Of a stretch of DNA of 64,000 nt, positions 1 through 9,963 are shown in pieces. The position numbers and the translations under genes were made by a program. Position 1 is the first letter of the stretch, and each line of letters opens with the position of its first letter. Origin of the DNA: an uncultured Acidobacteriota bacterium (GTDB lineage Bacteria; Acidobacteriota; Thermoanaerobaculia; Multivoradales; UBA5704); NCBI GenBank assembly GCA_963770895.1, contig CAVYRF010000002.1, positions 2,080,001 through 2,144,000 of the forward strand, given 5' to 3'. The notes beneath the pieces were generated by a model. It ran no database searches and was not told where the DNA came from. It saw only the letters and a list, made by a program, of their open reading frames with translations.

Positions 1-7
1 GCCGGCG

Positions 8-1501
8 GTGCTGCTCTTCGGCGTCGCCGGCGCCGGCGGGCTGGCCGGCATGTCGCTGCTGACCGCGGAGATCGGCTGGCGCCTGGTGCGCAATCTGGGG
101 GTGGTGACGCTGCCGGACCGGCGCCGCCTGCTGCGCAGCCTGGAAGCGGCGGGGCAAGCGGTGTGGGCGGCGCTCGCCGCCGGGGCGGCCTGGGCGGGGC
201 TGGCGCGCCTGCGGCCGGCGGCCGGCCTGCCGGCGCGCGTGGCCGTGGCGGCCGCCGCCTACCTGGTGGTCTGGCTGGTCCTGCTGGCGGTCGAGCAGAA
301 GCTGCGGCGTCCGGACCAGGCGCTGCGGCCGAAGCTGGCGCTGCCCCTGGTGGCCGACGTCGGCGGCTGGCTGGCCGGCGCCGGCGTGGCGCTCACCGGC
401 GTGCGCGCCGGGTGGGGCATCGCCGCGCTGGTCCTCACCGCTTTTCTGCTGGTGGCGCTGGAGGCCGGCCGCAACGGCTTCCTGCTCGCCAAGGCGCGGC
501 GGCGCGCCGGCGACCTGGAGCGGCTGCGCCGCGCCGGCACGCGCATGACGACGCCCGAACAGGAGATGGCCGGCGTTGCCGAGCGCATCCTGGCCGAATG
601 TGAGGTGGTGAAGTTTCAGTGGTACCAGTTCGAGACCCTCACTCCGGGCAGCGAATTCAAGAGCTGGTGGGCGGGGCCCGACCGCGAGCTGCACGAAGGC
701 GTGCCGGAGCCGGACCTGTACCCGCCGGCCCTGCCCGGATTTCACCGCCGGTCCAACTGGCAGGTGCAGGAGCGGCAGCTGCGGGGCGAAGGCGGCCTCC
801 TGGCCCGTCTGCGGCTGTGGTGCGACCCGCGGCTGGTCGAGCCGCCGACGATCCAGATGCTCGATCGGCTGCTGCCGCAGATGACCGCTTCGGTGCGCCG
901 CTGCCTGCTGGATCGCGAAGCGCGCGAAGACCCGCTCACCGGGCTGGCGATGCGGCGCGTGCTCGAAAAGAGCATGCACGAAGCGCACGCGCGGGCGATC
1001 GACGAAGGCGGCAACCTGGCGGTGGTGCTGTGCGACCTGGATCACTTCAAGCGCATCAACGACACCTATGGCCATTCCGCGGGTGACGCCGCGCTGGTCG
1101 CGGTCAGCGCCTTGCTCAAGCAGGAGCGCCGCGAAGGCGACGTGTGCTGCCGCTACGGCGGCGAGGAGTTCGTGCTGCTGATGCCGCGCGCCGACGGCCA
1201 GGCCGCCCTGGCCTTCGCCGAGGGCCTGCGCGCCCGCGTCGAGGCGCTGCGCTTCGAGGTCGACGGCACGGCCGTGCCGCTGACGCTGTCCGCCGGCGCC
1301 GCCTGTTTCCCCGAGCTGTACATCAAGACCGCCGCGGAGCTGCTGCTGTTCGCCGACGAAGCCCTCTACGAGGCCAAGCGAACCGGCCGCAACCGCTGCC
1401 TGCTCGACCTGGGCCAGGGCCGCTATCTCGACGTCGCCGGCAGCGTGCATGCCGTCGAAGAAACGCCGCCGGCCGCCGTCGCGCCGCGCATCTTCGCCTG
1501 A
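8..1501 (+). CDS. Membrane-bound diguanylate cyclase (GGDEF); true start probably upstream of the window
   Basis: N-terminal TM helices; DPLTGL, DLDHFKRINDTYGH and RYGGEEF motifs; RxxD I-site (REGD) five residues before GGEEF. Confidence 0.92.
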   Translation: MLLFGVAGAGGLAGMSLLTAEIGWRLVRNLGVVTLPDRRRLLRSLEAAGQAVWAALAAGAAWAGLARLRPAAGLPARVAVAAAAYLVVWLVLLAVEQKLRRPDQALRPKLALPLVADVGGWLAGAGVALTGVRAGWGIAALVLTAFLLVALEAGRNGFLLAKARRRAGDLERLRRAGTRMTTPEQEMAGVAERILAECEVVKFQWYQFETLTPGSEFKSWWAGPDRELHEGVPEPDLYPPALPGFHRRSNWQVQERQLRGEGGLLARLRLWCDPRLVEPPTIQMLDRLLPQMTASVRRCLLDREAREDPLTGLAMRRVLEKSMHEAHARAIDEGGNLAVVLCDLDHFKRINDTYGHSAGDAALVAVSALLKQERREGDVCCRYGGEEFVLLMPRADGQAALAFAEGLRARVEALRFEVDGTAVPLTLSAGAACFPELYIKTAAELLLFADEALYEAKRTGRNRCLLDLGQGRYLDVAGSVHAVEETPPAAVAPRIFA

Positions 1502-1528
1502 CCCGGCCCATCCGCAAGCGCCACCCCG

Positions 1529-3121
1529 ATGCATCCGTTCCGCTGGCAGTGGCTGGACAGCGTTTTGGTGGCGGTGGTGGTGGCGCTCGCCGCGATGCTC
1601 GCCACGTACCGCCTGGGGTCGCGCGCCCTGCTCGGCGACGAGGCCATCTATGCCAACGTCGGGCGCCAGGCGGCGGTGCATGGGCACTGGTATCCGCTGG
1701 TCGGCCGCCACGGCACGTACTTCCTCAACAAGCAGCCGTTCGCCCTGTGGCCGGTGGCGATCTCGTTCCGGCTGCTGGGCGTGAACGAGACGGCGGACCG
1801 CCTGCCGTCGGCGCTGTGCGCCGTGGCGGTGGCGGCCCTGGTGTACGGCTTCGCCGCCTGGCTGCTGAACCGCTGGGCGGCCTTCCTGGCGGCGGCGCTG
1901 CTGGCGTCGTGCCGCCCGTGGCTCTTCCGGCACGGCGCCCGCGACGGCGTGGCCGATTCGCTGCTGACGCTGCTGGTCGCCGGCGGGCTGCTGCTCTACC
2001 TGCGATTCCGTTCGACCGGCCGGCGCCGCTGGCTGCTCGCGGCGGGGGTCTGCGCGGCGGCCACCGGTCTGATCAAGGGGGCGCTGGGGCCGGCGATGCT
2101 GCTCGCCATCACCCTGCTGTGGGAGCTGCTGTGCCGGGTCGCGCCGCCGCCCGCCGCCGTCGCCGGCCTCGGCGACGCCGTGGCGGCAGACGCCAGCCCG
2201 CCGCCGGCAAGGGCGCGCGCGGCGGCGGTGGTGGCGGCGCCGCTGGCGCTGGGCTGCATGGGCATGACCGGCTACCTGGCCTGGTGCGCCGACATGGCGC
2301 GCCGGCACGTGGGGCTGGCCCACCGGACGTATGAAGACATCGTGGTGCGGGCGACCGTCGGTCTTTCGCCCTACCACGTGCACGACGCCTGGTACTACCC
2401 GGACGTGCTGCGCGAAGCCTTCGGCCACTGGTGGATCGGGTTGCTGCCCGCGGGCCTGGTCCTGGCCGGACTGTGGCGCGCCGGCGGCGCCAGGGCGCGC
2501 GCCATGCTGATGGTCGTGGTATGGCCCCTGGTGGTGATCGGGGGCATGTCGCTTTCGGTGTCGACTCTCAACTGGTATCTCTATCCCGCGATGCCCGCCA
2601 TCGCCATCCTGCTGGCCGCCGGCTGGAGCGAGCTCGCCCGGCGGCTGGCGCGCTGGCCGCCGGCGCGCGCCGCGCTGCTCTGCGCCGTCGCCGTCCTGCT
2701 GGGCCTGCGGGTGACGTATGCCTGGCGGACCCTGGCGGAGTCGGTGCACGTGAGCCAGATGCAGCGGTTCGTGCAAGCCGTCCGGCAGATGCCGGGAGCG
2801 CGGCTGTACGTGGACATGGCGGCCGGCAACGTGATCCGTGAGTGGAACGCCTTCTACCTCAGCCTGCTCGAAGACGTCTGGAAGCCGGTGCCGCCGGCGC
2901 GGGCTCCCGGCGGGTGCGACCTGGTATACACCTACCGCATGCCGGAGATCGCCGCCCGCCCAGGGTTTGCGCATGCCGTGCTGATCCCGGTCGAGCACCT
3001 GGCACCGATGGAAGAAGGTCTGTACATCATGGACTTCTGCGGCGGCGAAATGGCGCGCCGCCTGCAGGCGGCCAGTCCCAAGGCGGTCGCTGGCATTGCC
3101 GGTTCGCGAGCCGGCGGGTGA
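1529..3121 (+). CDS. ArnT/PMT-family (GT-C) membrane glycosyltransferase
   Basis: DEAIY in first loop, FLNKQPF, RLPSAL, LIKG motifs; many TM helices. Confidence 0.8.
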   Translation: MHPFRWQWLDSVLVAVVVALAAMLATYRLGSRALLGDEAIYANVGRQAAVHGHWYPLVGRHGTYFLNKQPFALWPVAISFRLLGVNETADRLPSALCAVAVAALVYGFAAWLLNRWAAFLAAALLASCRPWLFRHGARDGVADSLLTLLVAGGLLLYLRFRSTGRRRWLLAAGVCAAATGLIKGALGPAMLLAITLLWELLCRVAPPPAAVAGLGDAVAADASPPPARARAAAVVAAPLALGCMGMTGYLAWCADMARRHVGLAHRTYEDIVVRATVGLSPYHVHDAWYYPDVLREAFGHWWIGLLPAGLVLAGLWRAGGARARAMLMVVVWPLVVIGGMSLSVSTLNWYLYPAMPAIAILLAAGWSELARRLARWPPARAALLCAVAVLLGLRVTYAWRTLAESVHVSQMQRFVQAVRQMPGARLYVDMAAGNVIREWNAFYLSLLEDVWKPVPPARAPGGCDLVYTYRMPEIAARPGFAHAVLIPVEHLAPMEEGLYIMDFCGGEMARRLQAASPKAVAGIAGSRAGG

Positions 3122-3146
3122 ATCGGCGGAGGGGAAGGGTATCTCC

Positions 3147-4391
3147 ATGGACGACGCAAAGGTTCGAGCCTGGTGGGCGGCGCGACAGGGGTTGGACGGG
3201 AGCCTGGCGGGACGGTCGCCGGCGGCGGTGCTGGAGGCCGCGGGTTGGGCACGGTCGGTGGGCGGGGGCGGACCGTACGTCGGACTGTTCGCTCGCTGCG
3301 GCGCCGGGCGGGCCGCGGTGGACCAGGCCGTGGCGCAGCTCGCGGTCCACGAGCTGCCGAGCGCGCGCGGCTGTACCTACGTGGTGCCTGCCGCCCACTT
3401 CGGGCTGGCGCTGCGGGCCGGACAGAGCTTCGGCGCCGAGCCCGAAATGAAGGTGGCGCGCAAGCTGGGCGTCACCGATGCCGAGATCGATCGCCTGTGC
3501 GCCGCGGTCCTGGCCGCGCTCGAGGCGGCGCCGCTGGTGCCGGAGGAGCTGCGCGCCGCGGTCGGCGGCGCCGCCCGCAGCCTGGGGGAAGAGGGCAAGA
3601 AGAAAGGGCTGTCGACGACGCTGCCGATCGCCCTGGGGTCCCTCCAGGCGGCCGGCGAGATCCGGCGCATCTCGACCAATGGGCGGCTCGACAACCAGCG
3701 CTACCGCTACGCGCTGTGGCGGCCGAACCCTCTGGAGGCGCCGGACGTGCCGTCGCCGGATCAGTGGCTGGCGGTGCTGGCCGAGCGCTATTGGAGCTGG
3801 ATCGGCCCGGCACGGCTGGCGGACTTCCGCGTCTTTGCCGGGGCGACCGTCAAGGCGGCCAAGGCGGCGGTCGAGCCGCTGGGGCTGGCGCCGTTACCGC
3901 AGGCCGCGGCCGGCGACGAGCGCCTGGTCCTGCCGCACCAGGCGGCGGAGATCGCGGAGCTCGCGGTGCCCGAGGCGCCGCGCTACTCGCTGGTCAGCGC
4001 CCTGGATACTCTCCTGTTGCTGCAAGGCGTCCGGTCGCTCCTGGCGCCCCAGGATTGGGAGCGCCCGGTGCCCACCGTCAAGGGCAGCGTCGCGGCCGGG
4101 GGTCTCACGGAAACCCTCCACCATGCGATCCTCGACCGCGGCCGGCTGATCGGCCTGTGGGACTACGATCCACAGGCGGGCCAGGTGGTGTGGTTCTGCT
4201 TTGCCGGTACGGTTGCCGGCGCCGCCGCGGCGGCGGCCTTGCGTCAGCAGGTGGCCGCGACCGAAACGATGATCCGCGAGCAGCTGCAGGACCTGCGCAC
4301 CTTCAGCCTGGACAGCCCCGCCAGCCGCCAGCCGCGCCTGGCGGCCTTGCGCGCCGCGCAGGCGGCGAGCGGTGGCGGCCCAGGCGGATAG
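3147..4391 (+). CDS. Winged-helix HTH_42 protein, AlkZ/YcaQ-like DNA glycosylase family
   Basis: YVGLFARC, SARGCTY, RYWSWIGPARLADF, ILDRGRLIGLW resemble HTH_42 motifs; start set at ATG 3147 behind a GGAGG/GAAGG RBS. Confidence 0.65.
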   Translation: MDDAKVRAWWAARQGLDGSLAGRSPAAVLEAAGWARSVGGGGPYVGLFARCGAGRAAVDQAVAQLAVHELPSARGCTYVVPAAHFGLALRAGQSFGAEPEMKVARKLGVTDAEIDRLCAAVLAALEAAPLVPEELRAAVGGAARSLGEEGKKKGLSTTLPIALGSLQAAGEIRRISTNGRLDNQRYRYALWRPNPLEAPDVPSPDQWLAVLAERYWSWIGPARLADFRVFAGATVKAAKAAVEPLGLAPLPQAAAGDERLVLPHQAAEIAELAVPEAPRYSLVSALDTLLLLQGVRSLLAPQDWERPVPTVKGSVAAGGLTETLHHAILDRGRLIGLWDYDPQAGQVVWFCFAGTVAGAAAAAALRQQVAATETMIREQLQDLRTFSLDSPASRQPRLAALRAAQAASGGGPGG

Positions 4392-4458
4392 GCGCCCGCC
4401 ATGGCGGCTCCGCCTTCCGTTGGTAGGATCGCGGGGACGCGTCCACCTCAGAGGAGAG

Positions 4459-5310
4459 ATGCTGATGACACGAAGCAAAGAGCAATCGGTGCGGAGGGCG
4501 GTCCGGGCCTGTGTTCTGTCGGGGACGTGCCTGACGCTGGCGGCGCTCGGCGCCGCTCCGGGCCGCGGCGCCGAGCCGCAGCACCCGAGCCTCGCGGGCT
4601 CGTGGGTGTTCAATGCGCAGCTGACGGCGAATCTGGCCAAGGACCAGCAGGCGGACTCCGGCACGACCGACGATGCCCTGGGCGACAAGGGGCACCACCA
4701 TTCGGGCATGGGAGGGGGACAGGGGCCGCAGGGCGACATGGACGTGGGCAGCGGCACCGGCAAGAAAGCCAAGCCCGAAGACGACGAAAAGAAGAGCCAG
4801 AGCGCGCTGTTCGAGGCGCTCGACACCTTGACCATCGCGCAGCAGCCCGGCCAGGTCACCATCACCGACCGCACCGGCCACGCCCGCGTGCTGAAAACCG
4901 ATGGCAGCAAGGTGCGCGACGCGTCCGGTCCGGGCGGCGGCGCCGACTTGCGGGCCGGCTGGAACAAGGACAACGACCTGGACGTGCAGGTGAAACCCGA
5001 CAAGGGATCCAAGCGCACCGAGTCGTACGCCGTGTCCCACGACGGCAAGCACCTCTACCTCACGTTCACCAACAGCCGCTTCGTCAAAACGATCCGCGCC
5101 TACGACGTGGCGCCGGCCACGACCGGCACTGCCGGGGCGCCGGCCGACCCCGCCGCGTCCGCGGTGCCGGCACCATCGTCACCGCCCGCTGCCGCGCCGC
5201 CGCCCACATCCACGCCGCCGCCCGCCGCCGCTCCGGCGGTGCCGCCGCCCGGCGCGGCGCCAGGGGAGCGTCAGGTGGCACAAGGGGCGCTGGTCGAGGG
5301 CCACTACTAG
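4459..5310 (+). CDS. Hypothetical secreted protein with Pro/Ala-rich C-terminal tail
   Basis: GAGGAG RBS before ATG 4459; signal-like N-terminus; LAGSWVFN strand motif; beta-rich core. Confidence 0.6.
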   Translation: MLMTRSKEQSVRRAVRACVLSGTCLTLAALGAAPGRGAEPQHPSLAGSWVFNAQLTANLAKDQQADSGTTDDALGDKGHHHSGMGGGQGPQGDMDVGSGTGKKAKPEDDEKKSQSALFEALDTLTIAQQPGQVTITDRTGHARVLKTDGSKVRDASGPGGGADLRAGWNKDNDLDVQVKPDKGSKRTESYAVSHDGKHLYLTFTNSRFVKTIRAYDVAPATTGTAGAPADPAASAVPAPSSPPAAAPPPTSTPPPAAAPAVPPPGAAPGERQVAQGALVEGHY

Positions 5311-6785
5311 ATGTGCCAGATGCGCCGGCGCAGCGCGGCGGCGGCGCATGCCGCCACGCAGAGCCATCCGAACCAGTCGCCCAGGCGCGCATAGGGCGTC
5401 GGGCGACCAGGGCCGAGCGGGGCCGCGGCCAGCAGGGTGGCGGCCGGCGCGTCGGCGCTCCCGGCGGCGCCGACGACGCGGCCGTAGCGGTCGACCACCG
5501 CCAGCTCGCCGTTGCGGGTGGCGTGCACGACGGTGAAGCCGCTTTCGACGCTGCGCAGCACGGCGATGCCGACGCGCGACCAGCCGTCGACGTCGAAGTC
5601 CCAGGCGGGCTGCAGCACGACGCTGGCGCCGGCGCGGGCGTAGCGGCGAGCCAGGGCGGGGTAGTCCAGATCCTTGCAGATGACGACGCCGAAGCTGCCG
5701 CCCGCGACCTGGCGCACCATGTCGGTGTGGCCGGGTGCGTAGGCGGCCTCAAGGCCGGGGACCGGGTGCTGCTTGGCGTAGTCGGCGAGCAGCCGGCCGT
5801 TGGGGTCGAACAGCCAGGCGCGATTCTGCCGCCGGCCGGCGGCTGGGTCCGCGGTGACGTCGACGCCGGCGATCAGGTAGACCGCGTTGGCCCTGGCCAC
5901 GCCGCCCAGCACCTGCTGCAGCCGGGCGGCTGCTGCCGGCTCGACGACGGCGATCTTTTCGGGCAGCGCGACCAGCCGCGCGCCGCGTGCGGCAAGCCCG
6001 GCGACGGCCCGCCCGTAGTCGGCCCACATCGCGTCGGCGTCGCGCCCGCGCGGCTCGGCTGTCTCCATCGCCGGACCGCGGTCGATCGCGGCCAGGCCCA
6101 CCGACAGCTCCGGCGCGGCTGGGCGGGCGGCCAGGCGTGCCGTGCCGTAGCCGAGCGCCAGCAGGATCAACGCCGCCGGCAAGCCGTACGCCAGCCAGGG
6201 ACGGTCGATGTCGCGGCCCCGGTAGCAGGCGATCGCCACCGTCGAGGCGAACAGGCTGAAGAGGAAGATCACCCCCGCCGCGCCGGTCCAGGCGGCGACC
6301 TGCAGCACCGGCAGAGCCGCCACCTGGCTGAACACCATCGTGCCGGCCGAGCCGTGCGGCGACAGCTCGGTGACCAGGGTGTCGAGGCCGGCCCACAGGG
6401 CCGGGTACAGAAAGACGATCGACCAGCGACGCGATCGCACCACGGCGTCGCGCGTCTGGCCCACCACCAGGCCCCACGCCAGGGCGCGCAGGACGGCGAT
6501 CGCGATCGTCGCCACGGTGCCGGTGACCAGCAGGTAATAGGACGCCGTCGCCGCGGTGACGGCCAGGCCCGCCGCCATAGCCATCCACCGCGCCGGGCGG
6601 CCGCCGGAATGGAAGGCGGCGATCAGCAGCGGGATGGGCGCCAGCCACGCCGCCCACCACCAGGGATCGAGCATCGCCGCGCAGTAGAGCAAGGCTGCCG
6701 CCGCCATCGTCGCCGCCACCCGCCATGCCCAGCCGCGCCGGCCGGCGCCCGCCCGGTCCACCGTTCGGTCCATGGTTCGGTCCAT
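5307..6785 (-). CDS. Apolipoprotein N-acyltransferase-like membrane protein, nitrilase/CN-hydrolase family
   Basis: TM N-half; Glu-Lys-Cys triad motifs ALPEK, YAKQHPVP, VICKD; start uncertain. Confidence 0.82.
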   Translation of the reverse strand: MDRTMDRTVDRAGAGRRGWAWRVAATMAAAALLYCAAMLDPWWWAAWLAPIPLLIAAFHSGGRPARWMAMAAGLAVTAATASYYLLVTGTVATIAIAVLRALAWGLVVGQTRDAVVRSRRWSIVFLYPALWAGLDTLVTELSPHGSAGTMVFSQVAALPVLQVAAWTGAAGVIFLFSLFASTVAIACYRGRDIDRPWLAYGLPAALILLALGYGTARLAARPAAPELSVGLAAIDRGPAMETAEPRGRDADAMWADYGRAVAGLAARGARLVALPEKIAVVEPAAAARLQQVLGGVARANAVYLIAGVDVTADPAAGRRQNRAWLFDPNGRLLADYAKQHPVPGLEAAYAPGHTDMVRQVAGGSFGVVICKDLDYPALARRYARAGASVVLQPAWDFDVDGWSRVGIAVLRSVESGFTVVHATRNGELAVVDRYGRVVGAAGSADAPAATLLAAAPLGPGRPTPYARLGDWFGWLCVAACAAAALRRRIWHI

Positions 6786-6870
6786 CGCCAGGTCGTTGCT
6801 ATCGGGCGCCACGGCAGGAAGATCCACGCCCTTGGTACGGTGCGGCCTGGGCGCAGGTTTATGCGGGCGA

Positions 6871-6903
6871 CATGGTTGCAACTATAACCATGATGGCTAT
6901 AAT
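6871..6903 (+). promoter_or_regulatory. Sigma70-like promoter overlapped by an inverted repeat (candidate PadR operator)
   Basis: TTGCAA (6876-6881), 16 nt spacer, TATAAT (6898-6903); CATGGTT-N8-AACCATG inverted repeat 6871-6892; AT-rich patch between divergent genes. Confidence 0.6.
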
Positions 6904-6946
6904 CACTCCGGTACAAGCAGGGGTGCCACCCGGGAGAACCGTGCCG

Positions 6947-7309
6947 ATGACCAAGGAGACCGTCGAATCGCTGCAGCAGCTGCCGCTGGCGCCGGCAACG
7001 TTCCACGTACTGCTGTCGCTGGCCGATGCCGACCGGCATGGGTACGCCATCCTGCAGGAGGTCACGGCGCGCACCGCCGGTGAGATGCGGCTGAGCGCCA
7101 CGACGCTCTACCGCACCATCCATCGCATGCTGGAAGACGGCCTGGTGGTCGAGCTGCGCCAGCGGCCGCCCGCCCCCGGCGACGACGAGCGCCGGCGGTA
7201 TTACCGGATCACCCCGCTGGGGCTGGCGGCGGCTCGTGCCGAGGTGGGGCGGCTGCGCCAACTGGTCGAGCTGGCGGGCGCCAAGGGGCTGGCGCCGGGG
7301 AGGGCGTGA
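6947..7309 (+). CDS. PadR-family transcriptional regulator
   Basis: FHVLLSL, HGYAILQEV, TLYRTIHRM, RRRYYRIT wHTH motifs; 4-nt overlap with the permease ORF. Confidence 0.9.
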   Translation: MTKETVESLQQLPLAPATFHVLLSLADADRHGYAILQEVTARTAGEMRLSATTLYRTIHRMLEDGLVVELRQRPPAPGDDERRRYYRITPLGLAAARAEVGRLRQLVELAGAKGLAPGRA

Positions 7310-9897
7310 TGCAAATCTACCGCGCCTTGCTGCATCTCTATCCGGCGGCGTTCCGCGCCGAATACGGCGGCGAGATGGCAACCATTTTCGCGCAGCGGCG
7401 GCGGGATGCCGCAAGCCCCTGGGCGATCGCGGCGCTGTGGGTCGCAACCGCCTGCGAAGCGCTGGCCGGCGCCGCCGCGGTGCACTGGGAGATCCTGCTG
7501 CGCGACCTGCGCTTTGCGGCGCGTTCGCTGCGGCGCTCGCCGGGATTCGTGCTCACCGCGATCCCGGTCGTGGCGCTCGGCATCGGTGCCAACACCGCGG
7601 CGTTCTCGATGGCCGACTTCGTGCTGATCCGCCCGCTCCCCTATCCCGCGGCCGACCGCCTGGTGGACATCTGGGAGACGGTACCCGGCTATCCCCACCT
7701 CGAACCGTCGCCCTCCAACTACCGCGATTGGCACCGCCTTGCCAAGGTGTTCGACGGCATGAGCGCCTCCTACCGCGTCGCGGTCAACCTGGTGGGGCAG
7801 GGGGAGCCGCAGCGCGTCCAGGTGGCGGCGGTCACTGCGGACCTGGCGGCGACCCTGCGCGTGCGGCCGCTGCTGGGCCGCTTCTTCACCGCGGCGGAAG
7901 ACCGCGCCGGCGCCGGCGGCACCGTGCTGCTTTCGTGGGGGCTGTGGCAGACCGTCTTTGCCGGCGATCCGCACGTTCTGGGTCGGCGTCTGCTGCTCGA
8001 CGGCGAGCCGTGCGAGGTGATCGGCGTCATGCCGCGCGACTTCAACTACCCCGACCGCGAAGCTCAGGTGTGGATGCCCGCCCGCTTCCCCGCAAACGCG
8101 TTCGACGACCGCACCAACACCTATCTCCTGGTGGTTGCCCGGCTGCGGCCCGGCGTCTCCCTGGAACAGGCCCAGGCGCAGATGAGCCTGGTCGCGGCGC
8201 AGCTGGAGCGCCAGTTCCCCAAGGAGAACGAGCACACCGGCGCCGCGCTGGTGCAGTTGCGCGACGAGCTGTCGGAGCGCTCGCGCATGCTGCTGTGGGC
8301 GCTGTGCGGCGCGGCGCTGTGCGTGCTGCTGATCGCCTGCGCCAACCTGGCCAACCTGCTGCTGGCGCGCGCCATGGCGCGGCAGCGCGAGCTGGACGTG
8401 CGCACCGCCCTGGGCGCCGGCCGCGAGCAGCTGGCGCGCCAGCTGGCGACCGAGAGCCTGAGCCTGGCCTGCATCGGCGGCCTGCTGGGCGTCGCGGTGG
8501 CCCACGCCGCGCTGCCGCTGTTCGCGCGGCTGGTGCCCACCGCGCTGCCGGTCGCCGGAGCCCCCACCATCGACCTGCGCGTGCTGGCTTTCGCCGGCCT
8601 GCTCACCGCCCTGACCGGCATCGGCTTCGGCATGCTGCCGGTGCTGCGCTTCGGCGGCGGCGGCGACCTGAGCGGTCTGCGCCAGGGAGTGCGCTCGGGC
8701 GGCGGTCGCCGCCAGCGCCTGCGCTCGGCGCTGGTGGTGGCCGAAGTCACGGTTTCGGTGGTGCTGCTGGTTTCGTCGGGCCTGCTGCTGCGCGCGCTGC
8801 TGCACCTGCAGGCGCGCGATCCCGGCTTTCAAGCCGCCGGGCTGATGACCGTGCGCACCGAGCTGCCGATGCCCAGATACGACCCGACGGCGCGCCGCGC
8901 CGCGTTTTACAACCGCGTCCTGGCCGACGTGCGGGCGCTGCCCGGCGTCTCCGCCGCCGGCTACACCTCCGCGCTGCCGATGGTGTGGCACGGCGGCATC
9001 TGGTCGGTCGGCGTCGCCGGCCGCCTGCAGAACGTGGCGGACCCGGACAAGGCGAGCCTGCGCTACGTCACCCCCGGCTACTTCGCCGCCATGCGCATCC
9101 CGCTGCGCCTGGGCCGCGACGTGGGCGACGGGGATGCGACCACGACGCCCTGGGTGGCGGTGGTCAGCGCCTCCTTCGCCCACCGGTACTGGCCGGGCCA
9201 GGACCCGCTGGGCCGGCATTTCGATCTGGCCTTCCACGACCGCGCGGTGGTGGGCGTGGTGGGCGACGTGCTCACCCGCGGCCCGGAGCGCGACAGCGAG
9301 CCGCAGGTCTACATCCCCTACCGCCAGGTCCCCGACGGCTGGCTGGTCGCCTACTCCCCCAGGGACCTGGCGGTACGGTCGACGCTAGGGCCCTCGGCGC
9401 TGCTGCCCGCGCTGCGCCGCATCGTCCGCGCCGCCGATCCCCAGCAGGCCATTTCCAGCGTGCAGACCATGGACCAGGTGGTGGCCGACGAGACGGCGCC
9501 GCGCACGGTGCAGGTGCGCGCCCTGGTGGGCTTTGCCGCCGTCGCCTTCCTGCTCGCCGGCGTCGGTATTCACGGCCTGCTCGCCTTTGGCGTCTCGCAG
9601 CGAGCGGGCGAGATCGGCGTGCGCATGGCGCTGGGCGCCCGCCGCCGTGCCATCCTCGCCATGGTGGCGCGGCAAGGTCTGCTGCTGGGCGCGGTGGGCG
9701 CCGCGGCCGGCCTGGCGGCGGCCTATGCCTCCGCGCGCACCATGGCAGCCCTCCTGGCCGGCATCCAGCCCGCCGACGCCACCACCTACGTCGCCGCCGC
9801 GGCGCTCTGCATCGCCATGACCGCGACCGGCAGCCTGCTCCCCGCCGCCCGCGCCGCCGGCATCGATCCCGCCGCCATCATCCGCCGCGAGTCGTAA
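7306..9897 (+). CDS. ADOP-type duplicated MacB/FtsX ABC permease
   Basis: DLRFAARSLRRSPGF, ALGIGANTA, LLIACANLANLLLAR, EIGVRMALGA; two periplasmic+FtsX repeats. Confidence 0.92.
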   Translation: MMQIYRALLHLYPAAFRAEYGGEMATIFAQRRRDAASPWAIAALWVATACEALAGAAAVHWEILLRDLRFAARSLRRSPGFVLTAIPVVALGIGANTAAFSMADFVLIRPLPYPAADRLVDIWETVPGYPHLEPSPSNYRDWHRLAKVFDGMSASYRVAVNLVGQGEPQRVQVAAVTADLAATLRVRPLLGRFFTAAEDRAGAGGTVLLSWGLWQTVFAGDPHVLGRRLLLDGEPCEVIGVMPRDFNYPDREAQVWMPARFPANAFDDRTNTYLLVVARLRPGVSLEQAQAQMSLVAAQLERQFPKENEHTGAALVQLRDELSERSRMLLWALCGAALCVLLIACANLANLLLARAMARQRELDVRTALGAGREQLARQLATESLSLACIGGLLGVAVAHAALPLFARLVPTALPVAGAPTIDLRVLAFAGLLTALTGIGFGMLPVLRFGGGGDLSGLRQGVRSGGGRRQRLRSALVVAEVTVSVVLLVSSGLLLRALLHLQARDPGFQAAGLMTVRTELPMPRYDPTARRAAFYNRVLADVRALPGVSAAGYTSALPMVWHGGIWSVGVAGRLQNVADPDKASLRYVTPGYFAAMRIPLRLGRDVGDGDATTTPWVAVVSASFAHRYWPGQDPLGRHFDLAFHDRAVVGVVGDVLTRGPERDSEPQVYIPYRQVPDGWLVAYSPRDLAVRSTLGPSALLPALRRIVRAADPQQAISSVQTMDQVVADETAPRTVQVRALVGFAAVAFLLAGVGIHGLLAFGVSQRAGEIGVRMALGARRRAILAMVARQGLLLGAVGAAAGLAAAYASARTMAALLAGIQPADATTYVAAAALCIAMTATGSLLPAARAAGIDPAAIIRRES

Positions 9898-9963
9898 CCG
9901 CAGCCGCGGAGCAACGCCGGTGCACGCCGGAGAGCCCGCGCCGCCGGCGTGCCCCCGCGCGCA

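Noticed and set aside
6752-6785. 12-bp tandem repeat (MDRT-MDRT-VDR) at the Lnt-like gene start
   Set aside because: Short slippage duplication in a variable N-terminus; no functional evidence
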